From NCBI RefSeq assembly GCF_964213995.1, contig NC_135825.1:12462001-12526000 (forward strand): a stretch of DNA of 64,000 nucleotides. Direction: 5' to 3'. The notes beneath the pieces are model-generated. The model worked only from the letters and a program-made list of their open reading frames with translations, searched no databases and was not told the origin of the DNA. The position numbers were made by a program, and so were the translations under genes. Shown piece by piece: positions 1 to 13,800 of the stretch. Within the stretch, counting starts at the first letter, position 1, and the number at the start of each line of letters is the position of its first letter. This DNA comes from Mustelus asterias (Eukaryota).

Positions 1-2005
1 TGCCCTGGTTCGATCGACCAAAATGCATCACCTCACATTTATCTAAATTAAATTCCATCTGCCATTCATCAGCCCACTGGCCCAAGTGATCAAGATCCCA
101 TTGCAATCCTAGATAACCTTCTTCTCTGTCCACTATGCCACCAATCTTGGTGTCATCTCCAAACTTACTAACCATGCCTCCTAAATTCTCATCCAAATCA
201 TTAATATAAATGACAAACAACAGTGGACCCAGCACCGATCCCTGAGGTACACCGCTGGTCACAGGCCTCCAGTTTGAAAAACAACCCTCTACAACCACCC
301 TCTTCTGTCTTCTGTCTTCTGTCATCAAGCCAATTTTGTACCCATTTGGCTACCTCACCCTGGATCCCGTGTGATTTAACCTCATGTAACAACCTACCAT
401 GCGGTACCTTGTCAAAGGCCTTACTAAAGTCCATGTAGACAACATCAACTGCACTGCCATCATCTACCTTCTTGGTTACCTCTTTCAAAAACTCAATCAA
501 ATTGGGGCGGCAAGGTGGCACAGTGGTTAGCACTGAGGCCTCACAGCGCTGGGGACCCAGGTTCAATTCCGGCCTCGGGTCGCTGTCTGTGTGTTGTTTG
601 CATGTTCTCCCCGTGTCTGTGTGGGTTTCCTCCGGGTGCTCTGGTTTCCTCCTACAGTCTAAAGATGTACGGGTTAGGTGCATTGGCCATGCTAAATTGA
701 CCCTAATGTCAGGGGGATTAGCAGGGTAAATGTGTGGGGTTATGGGAATAGGGCCTGGGTGGGATTGTGGTCGGTACAGACTCGATGGGCCGAATTGTCT
801 CCTTCTCTACTGCAGGGGTTCTATGATTCTATGAAATTTGTGAGACAGGATTTTCCTCTCACAAAGCCATGCTGACTGTCCCTGATCTGTCCTGGTTTCT
901 CTAACTGCCTGTAGATCCTGTCTTTCAGAATATCTTCTAAAAACCTACCCACTACAGATGTGAATCTCACCAGCCTGCAGTTCCCAGGCTTTTCCCTGCA
1001 GCCCTTTTTAAACAAAGGCACAGCATTTGCCACCCTCCAATCTTCAGGCATCTCAGTTGTGGCTGTCGATGGTTCAAATATCTCTGCAAGGGGACCTGCA
1101 ATTACCTCCCTAGCCTCCCACAATGTCCTGGGATACACTTCATCAGGTCCCAGGGATTTATCTACTTGGTGCGCTTTAAGACTTCCAGCACCTCCTTCTC
1201 TATTATATGTACACTCCTCAAGACATCACTATTTATTTCCCCAAGTTCCCTAACATACATGCTTTTCTCAACAGTAAATATTGATGAGAAATATTCATTT
1301 AGGATCTCACCCATCTCTTGTGGATTCGCACATCGATGACCTTGTTGATCCTTAAGAGGCCCTACTCTCTCCCTAGTTACTCTTTTTCCCTTTATATATT
1401 TGTCGACGCTCTTTGGATTCTCCTTTGCCTTGTCTGCCAAAGCAATCTCGTGTCCCCTTTTTGTTCTCCTGATTTCTCTCTTAACACTACTCCGACACTC
1501 TCCATACTCTTCAAGGGATCCACTTGATTCCAGCTGCCTGTGCATGTCATATGCCTCCTTCTTCTTCTTGACCAGGGCCTCATCCAGGGTTCCCTAATTC
1601 TACCAGCCTTGTCCTTCACTCTAAGAAGAATGTGCTTACCCTGAATTCTGGTTAACACACTCTTGAAAGCTTCCCACTTACCAGGCATCCCTTTGCCTGC
1701 CTACAGACTCCCCCAATTAACTTTTGAAAGTTCCTGCCTGACACCATCATAATTGGCTTTGTCCCAATTTAGAATTTTAACTTTTGGGCTCGATCTATCA
1801 TTCTCCATAGCTATCTTATAACTAATGGAATTATGGTCACTGGTCCCAAAGTGATCCCCCAATAACACTTCTGTCACCTGTCCTTCCTTATTTCCCAAGA
1901 GGAGTTCGGGTTTTGCCACCTCTCTAGTCAGGCCATCCACATACTGAATGAGAAATTCCTCCTGAATACACTCAACAAATTTATCTCCATCCAAGCTTAT
2001 ATCCA
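1..2005 (-). mobile_element. Degenerate CR1 ORF2 fragment with nested SINE
   Basis: Minus-strand fragments MDFSKAFDKVPH, WRVANAVPLFKKG, LGDHFGTSDHN, with frameshifts. Confidence 0.9.
504..833 (+). mobile_element. HE1-like V-SINE with CR1-derived tail, inserted in CR1
   Basis: tRNA-like A/B boxes (GGTGGCACAGTGG, GGTTCAATTCC), V-domain core, ttctatga tail, aaatt flanks. Confidence 0.9.
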
Positions 2006-2044
2006 AGGCTATGGCTGACACTCAACTTTATCCATATATATTCA

Positions 2045-2356
2045 GATGGCATGGTGGCACAGTGGTTAGTACTGCTGCCGCACAGTGCCAGAGACGTGGA
2101 TTCAATCCCCGACTTGAGTCACTGTCTGTGTGTAGCCAGCACATTCTCCTCGTGTCTGCGTGGGTTTCCCTCAGGTGCTCCAGTTTCCTCCCACAGTCCG
2201 AAAGACGTGCTGGTTAGGTGCATTGGCCATGCTAAATTCTCCCTCCGTGTACCCGAACAGGTGCCGGAGTATGGAGACTAAGGGATTTTCACAGTAACTT
2301 CATTGCAGTGTTAATGTAGCCTACTTATGACACTAATAAATAAACTTTAAACTTTT
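2045..2356 (+). mobile_element. V-SINE with alternative tail (..aataaataaacttt)
   Basis: Same tRNA head and V core as the HE1-like copies, different 3' tail. Confidence 0.85.
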
Positions 2357-3083
2357 ATTATCTTTTTCCATGTCAACTTTCTACATTTACTGCAACATGT
2401 CAGACACAGAACATCGGGAATTACAGATACAGGAGGGAATCTCATTCAAATAACTGTTCCATCTCCTGAATATGAAGAAAGTTGCAAAGAGTGTCTCCAA
2501 TCCCAGTGTCATCGATATTAAACAGAACGTGATCTAATCACAGCTCCATTCAAAGAACAGGAAGCTGTTGAGAGAGAGTGAAGCAAGAATTCAAATTTCT
2601 CAGATCCATTGAGGATCTGGGACAATTAAAGACACCAACAGATTCAGTTCCAGCCGGACACTGCAGTGCCCAAGCAGAATGAGCGAGGAGAAATGGTAAG
2701 ACCAATGGTTCCAGTGAATCAGGGTCAAGAAACAAATACAGAATCCGGGTTTGAATTCCAAACTCTATTGCTGACACTCGGACTCTGTTGACCTGACTGC
2801 AGAGGGTTCAGGTGCTTGTTGACAGAGCCAAGGGCAATGGATCCCCAAATGTGTCCAAGTGCTCCAGTGGAGTTTATCCAGCGTGTCAGGGACATTTCCC
2901 AGTACGGACACCGGGATAATTCTCGCTGGTTCAGACTCCAGGTAATGTCTCCAGTGCCTCGATCTCCTCCCATGTCACAGAGTTGCTCTTCAGCCAGGAA
3001 CTGGGGAAGCTACCTTCAGCAGAGTGGGTGGAGATACACAGGGCCAATGGCAGGGTATCAGCATGTCTGATACTCTCAATGCT

Positions 3084-3433
3084 CATAGAAATCATAGAAA
3101 TCATAGAAACCCTACAGTGCAGAAAGAGGCCATTTGGCCCATCGGGTCAGCACCAACCACAATCCCACCCAGGCCCTACCCCCATATCTCTACATATTTA
3201 CCCGCTAATCCCTCTAACCTTCACATCTCAGGACACTGGGGGACAATTTTAATGTGGCCAATCAAGCTAACCCACACATCTTTGGACTGTGGGAGGAAAC
3301 AGGAGCACCTGGAGGAAACCCACGCAGACACGAGGAGAATGTGGAAACTCCACACAGTGACCCAAGCTGGGAATCGAACCCAGGTCCCTGGAGCTGCGAA
3401 GCAGCAGTGCGAACCACTGTGCTACCGTGCCGC
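3084..3433 (-). mobile_element. HE1-like V-SINE
   Basis: Reverse complement of the 504-833 type, with (catagaaat)n tail. Confidence 0.9.
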
Positions 3434-4160
3434 TCTGAATTTTAGGCTTGACGTGGAAGTGTGATTAGCGGCCTGGAGGCGGGTGTGGTATCCACTGCAG
3501 TCCCTGTTCAACCCCCTGACCCCCATTCCATTCTGGCCGGCCAGTGGGAAACGTGTGGGGAATGTCTCACTATCACCTTGCACAGGTGGCAGCAGGGCAT
3601 GTGCCAGGTGCAATGGGGTTTCTGGGGGAGGGGGGATTTGAGATTGGACAGGGAGCTCGCTGAGGGCTGCCAAGATGTGGTCAGAAGCCTCAGGGACCTG
3701 TACAGAGTCTGTCCATGCCTGGAAGGATATTATCTATTGGAGCAGCAATGATGGCTTCAGGAGCTGCATCCCATGCCAGGCAGGAATACAATGCCCATGG
3801 GCACTCTGCTCCCCAATTTACCAATCAATGCCAACGTGTTCTTATCGAGCCTGTTCTCCATTGTGAGAAGCAGCCAGAGTACATGCACTGTGACTTTGTA
3901 ATGATGGTTGCAACTCACATTTACTCTTCCTCCCTCAGAAGTGCCACCTTCACAACACCAGAGAGACTACAGGGTCCCTCCCTTGATGCCCGGGAAGGAG
4001 CTGCTCACAGATGCATCTATGTCACATCCTCCCTCTGCACCAATCACCAGCGCAGTCACAGGCATGTCGCTGTGCATTCATGGATTAGATCAGCTGGTGT
4101 TGCACAGTGGTGAGGGCACATCACACTCACCTGATGAGCTGGCAGAGGCAGAGAGAGAGG

Positions 4161-4195
4161 CACCTGAAGAAGGAGCGACACTCCGAAAGCTTGTG
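4161..4195 (+). ncRNA. Minimal type-I hammerhead ribozyme motif of Penelope-like element origin
   Basis: CAC-CUGAAGA-A-GGAG(cgaca)CUCC-GAAA-GC-UU-GUG: stem I CAC/GUG, catalytic core, stem II, palindromic stem III. Confidence 0.6.
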
Positions 4196-5489
4196 CGACC
4201 AAATAAACCTGTTGGACGTTAACCAGGTGTTGTGAGACTGCTTGCAGTGGCAGAGGGTCCAGTGGCAGCCCGAGAATTACTGGAAACCAGGAAGTTGTTG
4301 AGTCCGAGGCAGATGAGGAGCCTTTGAAGTCGTCCATCAGGTGGCAGCTGCTGGATTTCCAACAGGATGCACAAGAAGATCTGGAAAAGATCCCTGAACA
4401 TCTGTGTGCCATTGGGTGCGGCATGCGGAGTGTGAGCACTGCATTGACCCAGCACTCTGAACACAGCCGCTTCCATAGAGAGAGTGGCGACAGTCATGGA
4501 CAGATATCTCCAGGAAGTTACTCAGAGGCTTGTGGTATTGTGTTCAGACCTGCAAGCCAGCACACTGGCCGTGACCTCAGCAGCTCACTGCGAATGAGAG
4601 CGATGCGTGAAAATAAAGCTGTTGTTTTTAATACTTAGGGGGTTTTTGTATAGTTCTGTGAACTGGGCTTGTGGCTGTGTATCTCTATATGTGACTGATT
4701 CACTTGAACTGGGACTAGTAACCTGCAGGAAAAAGGATATCAAAGAAATCTGGGTGTGCAAGGAATGCACTTGGAGTAAATCTGGCCAAGCTGAATTTTC
4801 AGAAAGTAAATAAGACACGGGTAGAAATTTGCATCAGGAGATAAAGAAGTTTTCTTGTGTTCAGTTGATAAATTTCAAAGGGAAGTAAAAGGTTTTGCAA
4901 TTTGGGAAATGTTCTTAATAAATAATGCAAAGTTATTCCATTTTATTTAACCCAAAAGTGATGTCATATGTGCTGAGAAATAGAGATTTTGAAGAAGTAT
5001 AAGGGGAAATGTAAGCAGATAAAAGAGAAAACACGGGGGGGGTGATTCTCCCATCTCGCTGCACTGCTCTGTAGTGCCCAGTGGGGAGGCCATTTTGGGG
5101 GCTTCTTGCCGAACACTACGGCCTCCGGGAGTCTCCATGCGCCAGAATTCTGGCGCCGTCAGCTCTGCGCGATCTCTGGGGCGGAGCTGCATAATTTATT
5201 CAAATCACCATTTAAATCCTATTTAAGTATCATTAGTGGGATCGGGGCTGAGGTCTCCAGGCCTGTTAGCCTCTTCCCCACCCACCAGCAGTGTTTCACT
5301 CCAACGGGGTTTATTATGACCCCCCCCCCCACCCCGCCACATCCCCTCCCACACACAGTTGCGGGAATTTGGTGGCCCGACCTTTCTGGAATGAAGAGCG
5401 GTGGGGGGGGGGGGGGGGGAGGAGGGGGGGGGGGGGGGGGGGCGGCGGGTGGTGGGGGTAATCAAGGCCCCCCAGAATGTGACACTGGA

Positions 5490-5790
5490 ATCTCCCACTC
5501 AGTCAAAGCCTGCACCAACTACACCGGCCAGAGCAAGGCTGCCAAGGTAATCAAGGTCGACAGGGCATCAGTCAGCCAGCTGCCTCCAACCCAGCTGCCA
5601 GCGATGGGGAACCACTGAGACATCGAGCTCACAAATGGAAATGTAAGTCACTACGATCATGGTCACCACCCCTGGGTATGCCCTGTCCCACCAGCGGGCA
5701 GATCCAGCAGAGGCAGCAATGGCACATTGGTACGCTTTTGGGAGGGAGTTTCCCTGGGAGTCCTCAACATCGGCTCCGCACCCCTTTAAT
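5490..5790 (+). mobile_element. Old LINE endonuclease-region fragment (paralog at about 40010-40290)
   Basis: Degenerate TPGY.LSH..D....GG type AP-endonuclease segment. Confidence 0.55.
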
Positions 5791-6379
5791 TGTGACGATA
5801 CTTTTCCACGTTCTGCATCTACCAACTGAACAAAATATTGCGAGATGGCGCGATGATGTCACCCTTCTCATGCCATTTCCGGGGTGATCAGGAGCGCCAC
5901 ACCCCCAACTCCAGAACGTAAAATTCAGGTCAATGTTTAAGCAATGTGTCATTCACCAGGATCACTCATCGCCATCGATGTCATGGGAAATACACGGCCC
6001 CATGTCACAGGACGTTGAGTCGTTGTATCCTCAATTTGGAATTGAGTCCTCCTCCCAGTTACTCAATCACAGTTTCCTTTCACCCAGAGCCTTCTCTCTG
6101 TGCATTGAGATCCTTTCCTGACTGAATTCTGCCTCAGAACGTGTGTGTGGATAAATGGAGCAGGGGGTGTTCTTCTGCTGCACATCAAGGAGCTCAGATC
6201 TCCTCACCCTGACAGGATTGTTACTCTGTACGAATAACAAGATTCACATTCAGCAAATCAAAACAAAATATTCATAAATCTCCATGTTCCATTAGTGAAA
6301 TAACTCACATCAGGAAAAGAAATACTTGTTCCACTGAGGGCTTCATGATAATAACAATGGAGGAGGGCGTGTTCTCTCT

Positions 6380-7500
6380 CATAGAAACATAGAGACTAGA
6401 AGCAGGAGGAGGCCATTCAACCATTCGAGCTCACTCCCCCATTCATTTTGATGATGGCTGATCATCAAATCCAATATCCTGATCCCCTCTTTCTCCCATA
6501 TCCCTTGATCCCTTTTGCCCCAAGAGCTATATCTAATTTCTTCTTGAAATCAGACCACATTTTGGCCTCAACTACTTTCTATGGCAGTGAAGTCCACACA
6601 TTCAACACCCTCCGGGTGAAGAAATTTCTCCTCACCTCAGTCCTAAAATGTTTACCTCTTAAACTCTGACCCCCGAATTCAGGTCTCCCCTACCACTGGG
6701 AACATTCTTGGTGAATCTACCCTTTCTAACCCTGTTAGAATTTTATAAATTTCTATGAGATCCTCTCTCACTCTCCCAAACTCCATTGAATATAATCCTA
6801 ACCGACTGAGTGTCTCCTCATATGACAGAACTGCCATCTCAGGAATCAGCCGGGTAAACCTTCGCTGTACTCCCTCTATAGCAAGGACATCCTTCCTCAG
6901 AGAAGGACACCAAAACTGCGCACAATACTCCAGGTGCGGCCACACCAATACTCTGTAGAATTGCAGCAAAATATCCCTATCCCGATACTCAAATTCTCTC
7001 GCTATGAAGGTCAACATACCATTTATCTTCTTTCGTGCGTGCTGTAACTGTGTGCTTACTTTCAGTGACTGACGCATGAGGTCTTGTTGCATATCCACAT
7101 CTCTCAATTTACACCCATTCATCTGTCTTCATATTGCTACCAATTGGATAACCTCACATTTATCCACATCATACTGCATCTGCCATGCAGATGCCCACAC
7201 ACTCAGCTTGTCCAAATCACGCTGAAGCATCTCTCCATCCTCCTCACAGCTCACCCTCCCATCCAACTTTGTATCATCTGCAAATTTGGAGATAATACAT
7301 TCAGTTCCCTCTTCCAAATCATTAATATATAACGTGAACAGTTGGGGTCCCAGCACAGACCCCTGTGGAACCCCACTAGTCACTGACTGCCAATCAGAAA
7401 AAGGCCCATTCATGCCAACTCTTTGCTTCCTGTCTGCTAACCAGCTTTCGATCCATCTCAGTACATTACCTGCAATCCCATGTGCTTTAACATCGTAAAA
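6380..7500 (-). mobile_element. CR1 3' fragment
   Basis: GVPQGSVLGP, FADDTK, PHLEYC on the minus strand. Absent in the unit B paralog (about 41350). Confidence 0.9.
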
Positions 7501-7679
7501 ATTGCGGAGATTGCCTTCGCCACACACAGTCAATTATAAAACGTGGCTTGGGTCAGTATTATCCATAGGCTCTGACTTTTTAACATATTTTTTTCCAAAT
7601 TTTACATTCTTTCAACAATAATTACTTTTGTTCTTCTGCTGTTCTTCAGGTTCTGAGGAGCCAGATTTTGTGAAGTGTC

Positions 7680-7823
7680 TGACTGCGGTTTCATGACCCG
7701 ATTTCCTGCTCTCTTCTTCCTCATTTAATTTTCTGATACAATTCATTTTTGACACTCATTTCAGCGTGAGACACAGGAGCTGGGTGACTGACGACAAGCA
7801 CTGATCTGATCTCCAACAAAACG
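7680..7823 (+). promoter_or_regulatory. Proximal promoter/5' UTR of gene A with RUNX-like (TGCGGT, 7684) and ETS/PU.1-like (TTCCTG, TTCCTC) motifs
   Basis: Lies directly upstream of the leader ATG and is homologous to about 41525-41671. The motifs are short and could be chance. Confidence 0.35.
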
Positions 7824-7860
7824 ATGTGGATTTTGATTCTCCTCATTTGCTCTCTGCCCG
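7824..7860 (+). CDS. Gene A exon 1, signal peptide MWILILLICSLP(G|)
   Basis: ATG followed by a hydrophobic leader, then G|GTGAGT donor (phase 1). Identical coding copy at 41672. Confidence 0.85.
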
Positions 7861-10800
7861 GTGAGTAACAGCCAGAGCTGGATAGTCAGATAATCAGTGT
7901 TAGTTTAACTCTCGTCCGCAGGTTATATATGAGAGAGAGAGAGAGAGAGATGTTTAAATATTTGGAGACCTGTAAAAGCACAAAAGGAAGTTTTGTGTTG
8001 AGGTGGGTAGAGTCTCCGGGGAAGAGTCTCCGGGGCAGATTCTCCGACCTCGCTCGCAGCTGGGATTTTCCCATCCCACTGCAGCGAACGGAGATTTGTC
8101 TGAGCTTCTGATTCCCCGTCCTCTCTGGCAGCGGCGGTGGGACATGAACAGCCTGAGGATTCTGGCCTTCCGGCTCCTGCTGTTGATGGGAATGGAAGAT
8201 GGGATGTCGCGATGCCAAACAGGTTAATGATCAACCTGCAATTTCTTCCAATACAGTGAAGGCAAGAGGGAGAGATACTCAAGCAGCCATGTCTTGATGT
8301 GGAGTGGTGTCCCTCATGCTGTAGTCTCTGGCTTCAGGCTATTGACCAGTTCTTGGAAGAACAAGCTACTGGGAACAGACACACACATTTGCTGTGCCTG
8401 CTTCATCTTTCTGTAGCTTTGGAAAGTCGTCTGCATTTAAAGGAGCAAATACTCAGCAAATATAAATTGCTAATATGTGTGAGATTTTGTGCAGTAACTC
8501 CTTGTGATTATATTATTGCACCATGGAAATAATTAGCAAATAAGCAAAACAGCAACATTCATTGTGAATGGGAATTTGAGGACAATTTAATTTTTCAAAA
8601 TTTAGATGAGCCACATTTTTAAAATGAAAGGCCTTTTTTATTTTGTATTTATTTTTAATTTACGTTTTAGAATTTTTAAAAATGTAATCTGATGTCCAAT
8701 TTATACTGAAGGCTGCAGTATTAATAACCCCACAAATATGTCTCAGCTTTGTGAAAGTTTAAAATAGGGGCAGCACGATGGCACAGTGGTTCGCACTGCT
8801 GCCTCCCAGCATCAGGGACCCGGGTTTGATTCCGGGCTTGGGTGGCTGTGCGGAGTCCGTATGTTCTCCCCGTGTCTGCGTGGGTTTCCTCCGGGTGCTC
8901 TGATTTTCTCCCACAGTCCAAAAGACGTGCTGGTTAGGTGCATTGGCCGCACTAAATTCTCCCTCAGTGTACCTGACCAGGCGTCAGAGTATCACGCCGA
9001 GGGGATTTTCATAGTAACTTCATTGCAGTGCTAATGTAAGCCTACTTGTGCCGAATAAGTAAACTTCAGAGTTGATGAGATATTATTTTATGAAGATCTG
9101 TCAGTGTCACTGTTCCTCACTGGTGGATGGTTGATCTATATTACTTTTCCCATAAGAAACATTTTTTTTCTAATTGTTTAACTTTAAGTAACTGGATTTT
9201 GGTTAACCGTGCTGTCCATTTTTACATTCCAAGATTACGCTGCAGTGAGGTTTTGGTTAATGACCTCGGTGCCATTAATGATGAATATAATTTCAAACAA
9301 ACACTGTTACACTCCCAGTCCCAGCTACACTCAGCCTCTCTGTTAACTCATCTCTAATCTTTCCCGTATCTTTTTTCTCATATTCTCATATTTTCCCTCG
9401 AGTACTTTAATTATTTTGGAACCTCCGTCCTGTCATTTATTGTAAACTCTTTCCTCGTGAGTTCCTCTCTCAGCAAGGCCATTGGTTTCATAACTCTTCA
9501 CGCCAAGTCCCCCCAGTTTCTTGGGCTGATCCTCTTCTACACCTGGGTCCAATGTGTCAGGAATCTGAACACTTTTCTCCATGAAGCATCCCTCCAGAAA
9601 ATGATTCTTTTTGTTATCTCATTTTTTTCTTATCCATGTGAAACTGGGAATAATCATGTGTTTATTCCCCTCCAGTTTAAAATTCAGCAAAGGAGGGCCG
9701 AGGGATTGATTCAGAAGGGGAAAATAGAATCATAACCTGATAAATGTGAGGTGATTCATTTTGGTAGGACAAATTTAAATGTGGATTACAGGGTCAAAGG
9801 TAGGGTTCTGAAGACTGTGGAGGAACAGAGAGATCTTGGGGTCCATATCCACAGATCTCTAAAGGTTGCCACTCAAGTGGATAGAGCTGTGAAGAAGGCC
9901 TGTAGTGTGTTAGCTTTTATTAACAGGGGGTTGGAGTTTAAGAGCCGTGGGGTTATGCTGCAACTGTACAGGACCTTGGTGAGACCACATTTGGAATATT
10001 GTGTGCAGTTCTGGTCACCTCACTATAGGAAGGATGTGGAAGCGCTGGAAGGAGTGCAGAGGAGATTTACCAGGATGCTGCCTGGTTTGGAGGGTAGGTC
10101 ATATGAGGAAAGGTTGAGGGAGCTAGGGCTATTCTCTCTGGAGCGGAGGAGGCTGAGGGGTGACTTAATAGAGGTGTATAAAATGATGAAGGGGATAGAT
10201 AGAGTGAACGTTCAAAGACTATTTCCTCGGGTGGATGGAGCTATTACAAGGGGGCATAACTATAGGGTTCGTGGTGGGAGATACAGGACGGATATCAGAG
10301 GTAGGTTCTTTACGCAGAGAGTGGTTGGGGTGTGGAATGGACTGCCTGCAGTGATAGTGGAGTCAGACACTTTAGAAACATTTAAGCGGTTATTGGATAG
10401 GCACATGGAGCACACCAGGATGATAGGGAGTGGGATAGCTTGATCTTGGTTTCAGATAAAGCTCGGCACAACATCGTGGGCCGAAGGGCCTGTTCTGTGC
10501 TGTACTGTTCTATGTTCTATGTTCTAAAATCCCTACAGTGCAGGAGGAGGCCATTCGGCCCTTTGAATCTGCAACTACCACAATCCCACCCAGGCCCTCT
10601 TCCTGTAACCCCACATACTTACCCTGCTAATCCCCCTGACACGAGGGGCAATGTTGCATGGCCAATCAACCTAACCCGCATCTTTGGACTGTGGGAGGAA
10701 ACTGGAGCACCCGGAGGAAACCCACACAGGCATGGGGAGAATGTGCAAACTCCACACAGACAGTGACCCGAAGCTGGAATTAAACCCGGGTCCCGAGCGC

Positions 10801-13800
10801 TGTGAGGCAGCAGTGCTAACCACGGTGCCACCGTGCTAGCCCAAAGACATTTTTTTTTTAACTCATTCGTGGGTCATGGGTGTCATTGCCCATCCCTTGC
10901 TGCCCTTGGAGGGCAGTTGAGAGTCAACCACATTGCTGTGGATCTGGAGTCACATATAGGCCAGACCGGGTAAGGAGGGCAGATTCCCTTCCCTTAAGGA
11001 CATTAGTGAATCAGATGGGTTTGTCCGACAATCGACAATGGTTTCATGGTCATCAGTAGATTCTTCATTCCAGATATTTTTTTTTATTGAATTTAAATTC
11101 CAACATCTGCCGTGGCAGGATTTGAACCGGGTCTCCAGATCATTGGCTGAGTTTCTGGATTAATTGCCTAGCGATAATACCACTGGGCCATCACCTGCCC
11201 TTAAGTATGAGTATGAAACTAAGCTGGCAGCGAACATAACTGACTGTAAAAGTTTCTATAAATATGTAAAGAGAAAAAGATTGAGAAAAACAAATGTAGG
11301 CCTCCAACACTCAGAAATGGGAAAGTTCATAACGGGGAACAAAGAAACGGCTGATGAATTAAATTTGTACTTTGCTTCAGTCTTCATAAAGGAAGATATG
11401 AATAAGGTAGCAGAAATACAGAGAGAAACATGCTTAAGTGAGGAGCTGAAGGAAATCGCATTCATAGAGAAATGGTTTTGGGGAAATTGACGGGATTGAA
11501 GGTGGTCCTGATAATCTGCATCCTCGAGTACTTAAAGAAATAGCCCTGGAAATAGTAGATCCATTAGCGATCATTTTCCAAAATTCTTTAGACTCTGGAA
11601 TCATTCCTACAGATTGGAGGGTAGTTAATGTAAGCCCGTTGTTCAAAAAAGCAGGTGGAGAGAACTATAGACCAGTGAGCCTAATGTCGGTACTGGGGAA
11701 GCTGCTAGAGTCCATTATCAAGGATTTCATAACTCGGCATTTGGAAGGCAGTGGTATAATCAGACAAAATCAGCATGGATTTACAAAAGGGAAATAATGC
11801 TTGATAAAACTATTGGAATCCTTTGAGGATGTAACCAGTAGATTTGACTGAGGAGAACCAGTGAATCTGGTTTATTTCGACTTTCAGAAGGCTTTTGACA
11901 AGGTCTCACATAACAGACAACTGTGTAAATTTAAAACACATGGGATTGCAGGTATTGTATTGAGATGGATAGAAAGCTGGTTAGCAGATAGGAAGCAAAG
12001 AGTTGGAATAAATGGGTCTTTTTCCGATTGGCAGTCAGTGACAAGTGGGGTTCTGCAGGGATCTGTGCTGGGATCCCAACTGTTCTTATTATATATTCAT
12101 GATTTGGAAGAGGGAACTGAATGCATGATCTCCAAATTTGCAGATGATACAAAGTTGGATGGGAGGGTGAGCTGTGAGGAGGATGCTTTAGCGTGATTTG
12201 GACAAGCTGAGTGTGTGGGCATTTGCATGGCAGATGCAGTATAATGTGGATAAATATGAGGTTATCCACTTTGATAGCAATAATAGGAAGATAGATTGTT
12301 ACTTGAATGGATGTAAATTGAGAGATGTGGATACTCAGCGAGACCTTGGAGTCCTCGTGCATCAGTCGCTGAAAGTAAGCGTGCAGATACAGCAGGCAGT
12401 AAAGAAGGAAAATGGTATGTGGGCCTTCATAGCGAGAGGATTTTAGTAGAGGGATAGGGTTTTTTACTGCAATTGTATAGGGCGTTGGTGAGGCCACACC
12501 TGGAGTATTGTGTGCAATTTTGGTAGAAGGATGTCCTTGCTATAGAGGGAGTACAGCGAAGGTTTACCAGGCTGATTCCTGAGATGACAACTCTGTCATA
12601 TGAGGAGAGACTAAGTCAGATAGGATGATATTCACTGAAGTTTAGAAGAGTGAGGGGATCTCATAGAAACTCATAAAATTCTAACAGGGTTGGAATGCGT
12701 AGATTCACCAAGAATGTTCCGAATGGTGGGGGAGTCCAGAACGAGGGGTCATGGTTTAAGGGGTACACCTTTTAGAGCTGAGGTGAGGAGAAATTTCTTC
12801 ACCCAGAGGGTGGTGAAAGTGGAATTCACTCTCACAGAATGTAGTTGAGGCCAAAATGTTTTAAGAAGAAATTAGATATAATTCTTGGGGCTCAAGGGAT
12901 CAAAGGGATATGGGGGGAAGGGGGATCAGGAAATTGAATTCAATGATCAGCCATGATCAAAATGAATAGCGGAGCAGGCTCGAAGGGCCGAATGGCCTAC
13001 TCCTGTTTCTAGTCTAAGTTTCTCTGTTTCTTAGGTCCTGCTCAGTGATCAGTCTCCAAGTTTCTGAATCTTCCCTGGCCAAACCTCAATCTCTTTCCTT
13101 TCTATGTTTGTCAGCAATGTTCTCATCATCTCCAATTCCTCCTGCAGTACAGGTTGCAGCAACAAAGTTGAGAAGATGGAAATTCTGTTGAAACCTCGCA
13201 CAACACCACACTTCCAGTTTTTCACACTCCCTTCATTCCCCTGCCACCCTCCCCAGACCTCTCACCACCCCCAAGCCCTCCCACGGCAAACAGAGTCACC
13301 CAAACCTCCTCCCGATTTCCAGTCACCTCCTCAGGAGGCAGCTAAATCCTGACAGACCTCCAGCCATTCTCCTAGGCCACCCATTGCCAAAGCCTGCAAA
13401 GATAACTCCCTGACATCCGCAGCCCACCCACAATCTGAATATCCCCTCTTGCCAGCATCAAATTCATGTCTAACCCCCAACGCACCCCCTGGCAACACCC
13501 CAAAATTCTCAGGTCTAAACAAGGGTCTAAAAGTTAAAGTTTATTTATTAGTCACAAGTAAGGCTTACATTAACACTGCAATGAAGTTACTGTGAAAGTC
13601 CCCTAGTCGCCACACTCCGGCACCTGTTCGGGTCAATGCACCCTAACCAGCACGCCTTTCAGAATGTGGGAGGAAACCAGAGCAACTCGAGGAAACCCAC
13701 GCAGACACAGGGAGAACGTGCAAACTCCACACGGATAGTGACCCAAGCCGGGAATCGAACCCAGGTCCCTGGCGCTGTGAGACAGCAATGCTAACCACTG

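Noticed and set aside
504-575. tRNA genes
   Set aside because: The A/B boxes belong to SINE heads that continue into V-domain bodies.
2549-2941. Two exon-like segments (donors at about 2696 and 2942, EPRAMDPQMCPSAPVEFIQRVRD..)
   Set aside because: In-frame stops, frameshifting indels in the duplicate at 63160 and 63394, and no recognisable homology. Could be a pseudogene but unsupported.
201-3464. Many recurring ORFs such as MAQWLALLPHSARD.. and ..RKPEHPEETHADT..
   Set aside because: Translations of V-SINE sequence on either strand, not genes.
3440-4600. Possible remnant of a Harbinger Myb/SANT ORF
   Set aside because: Only compositional resemblance. No diagnostic motif I can support.
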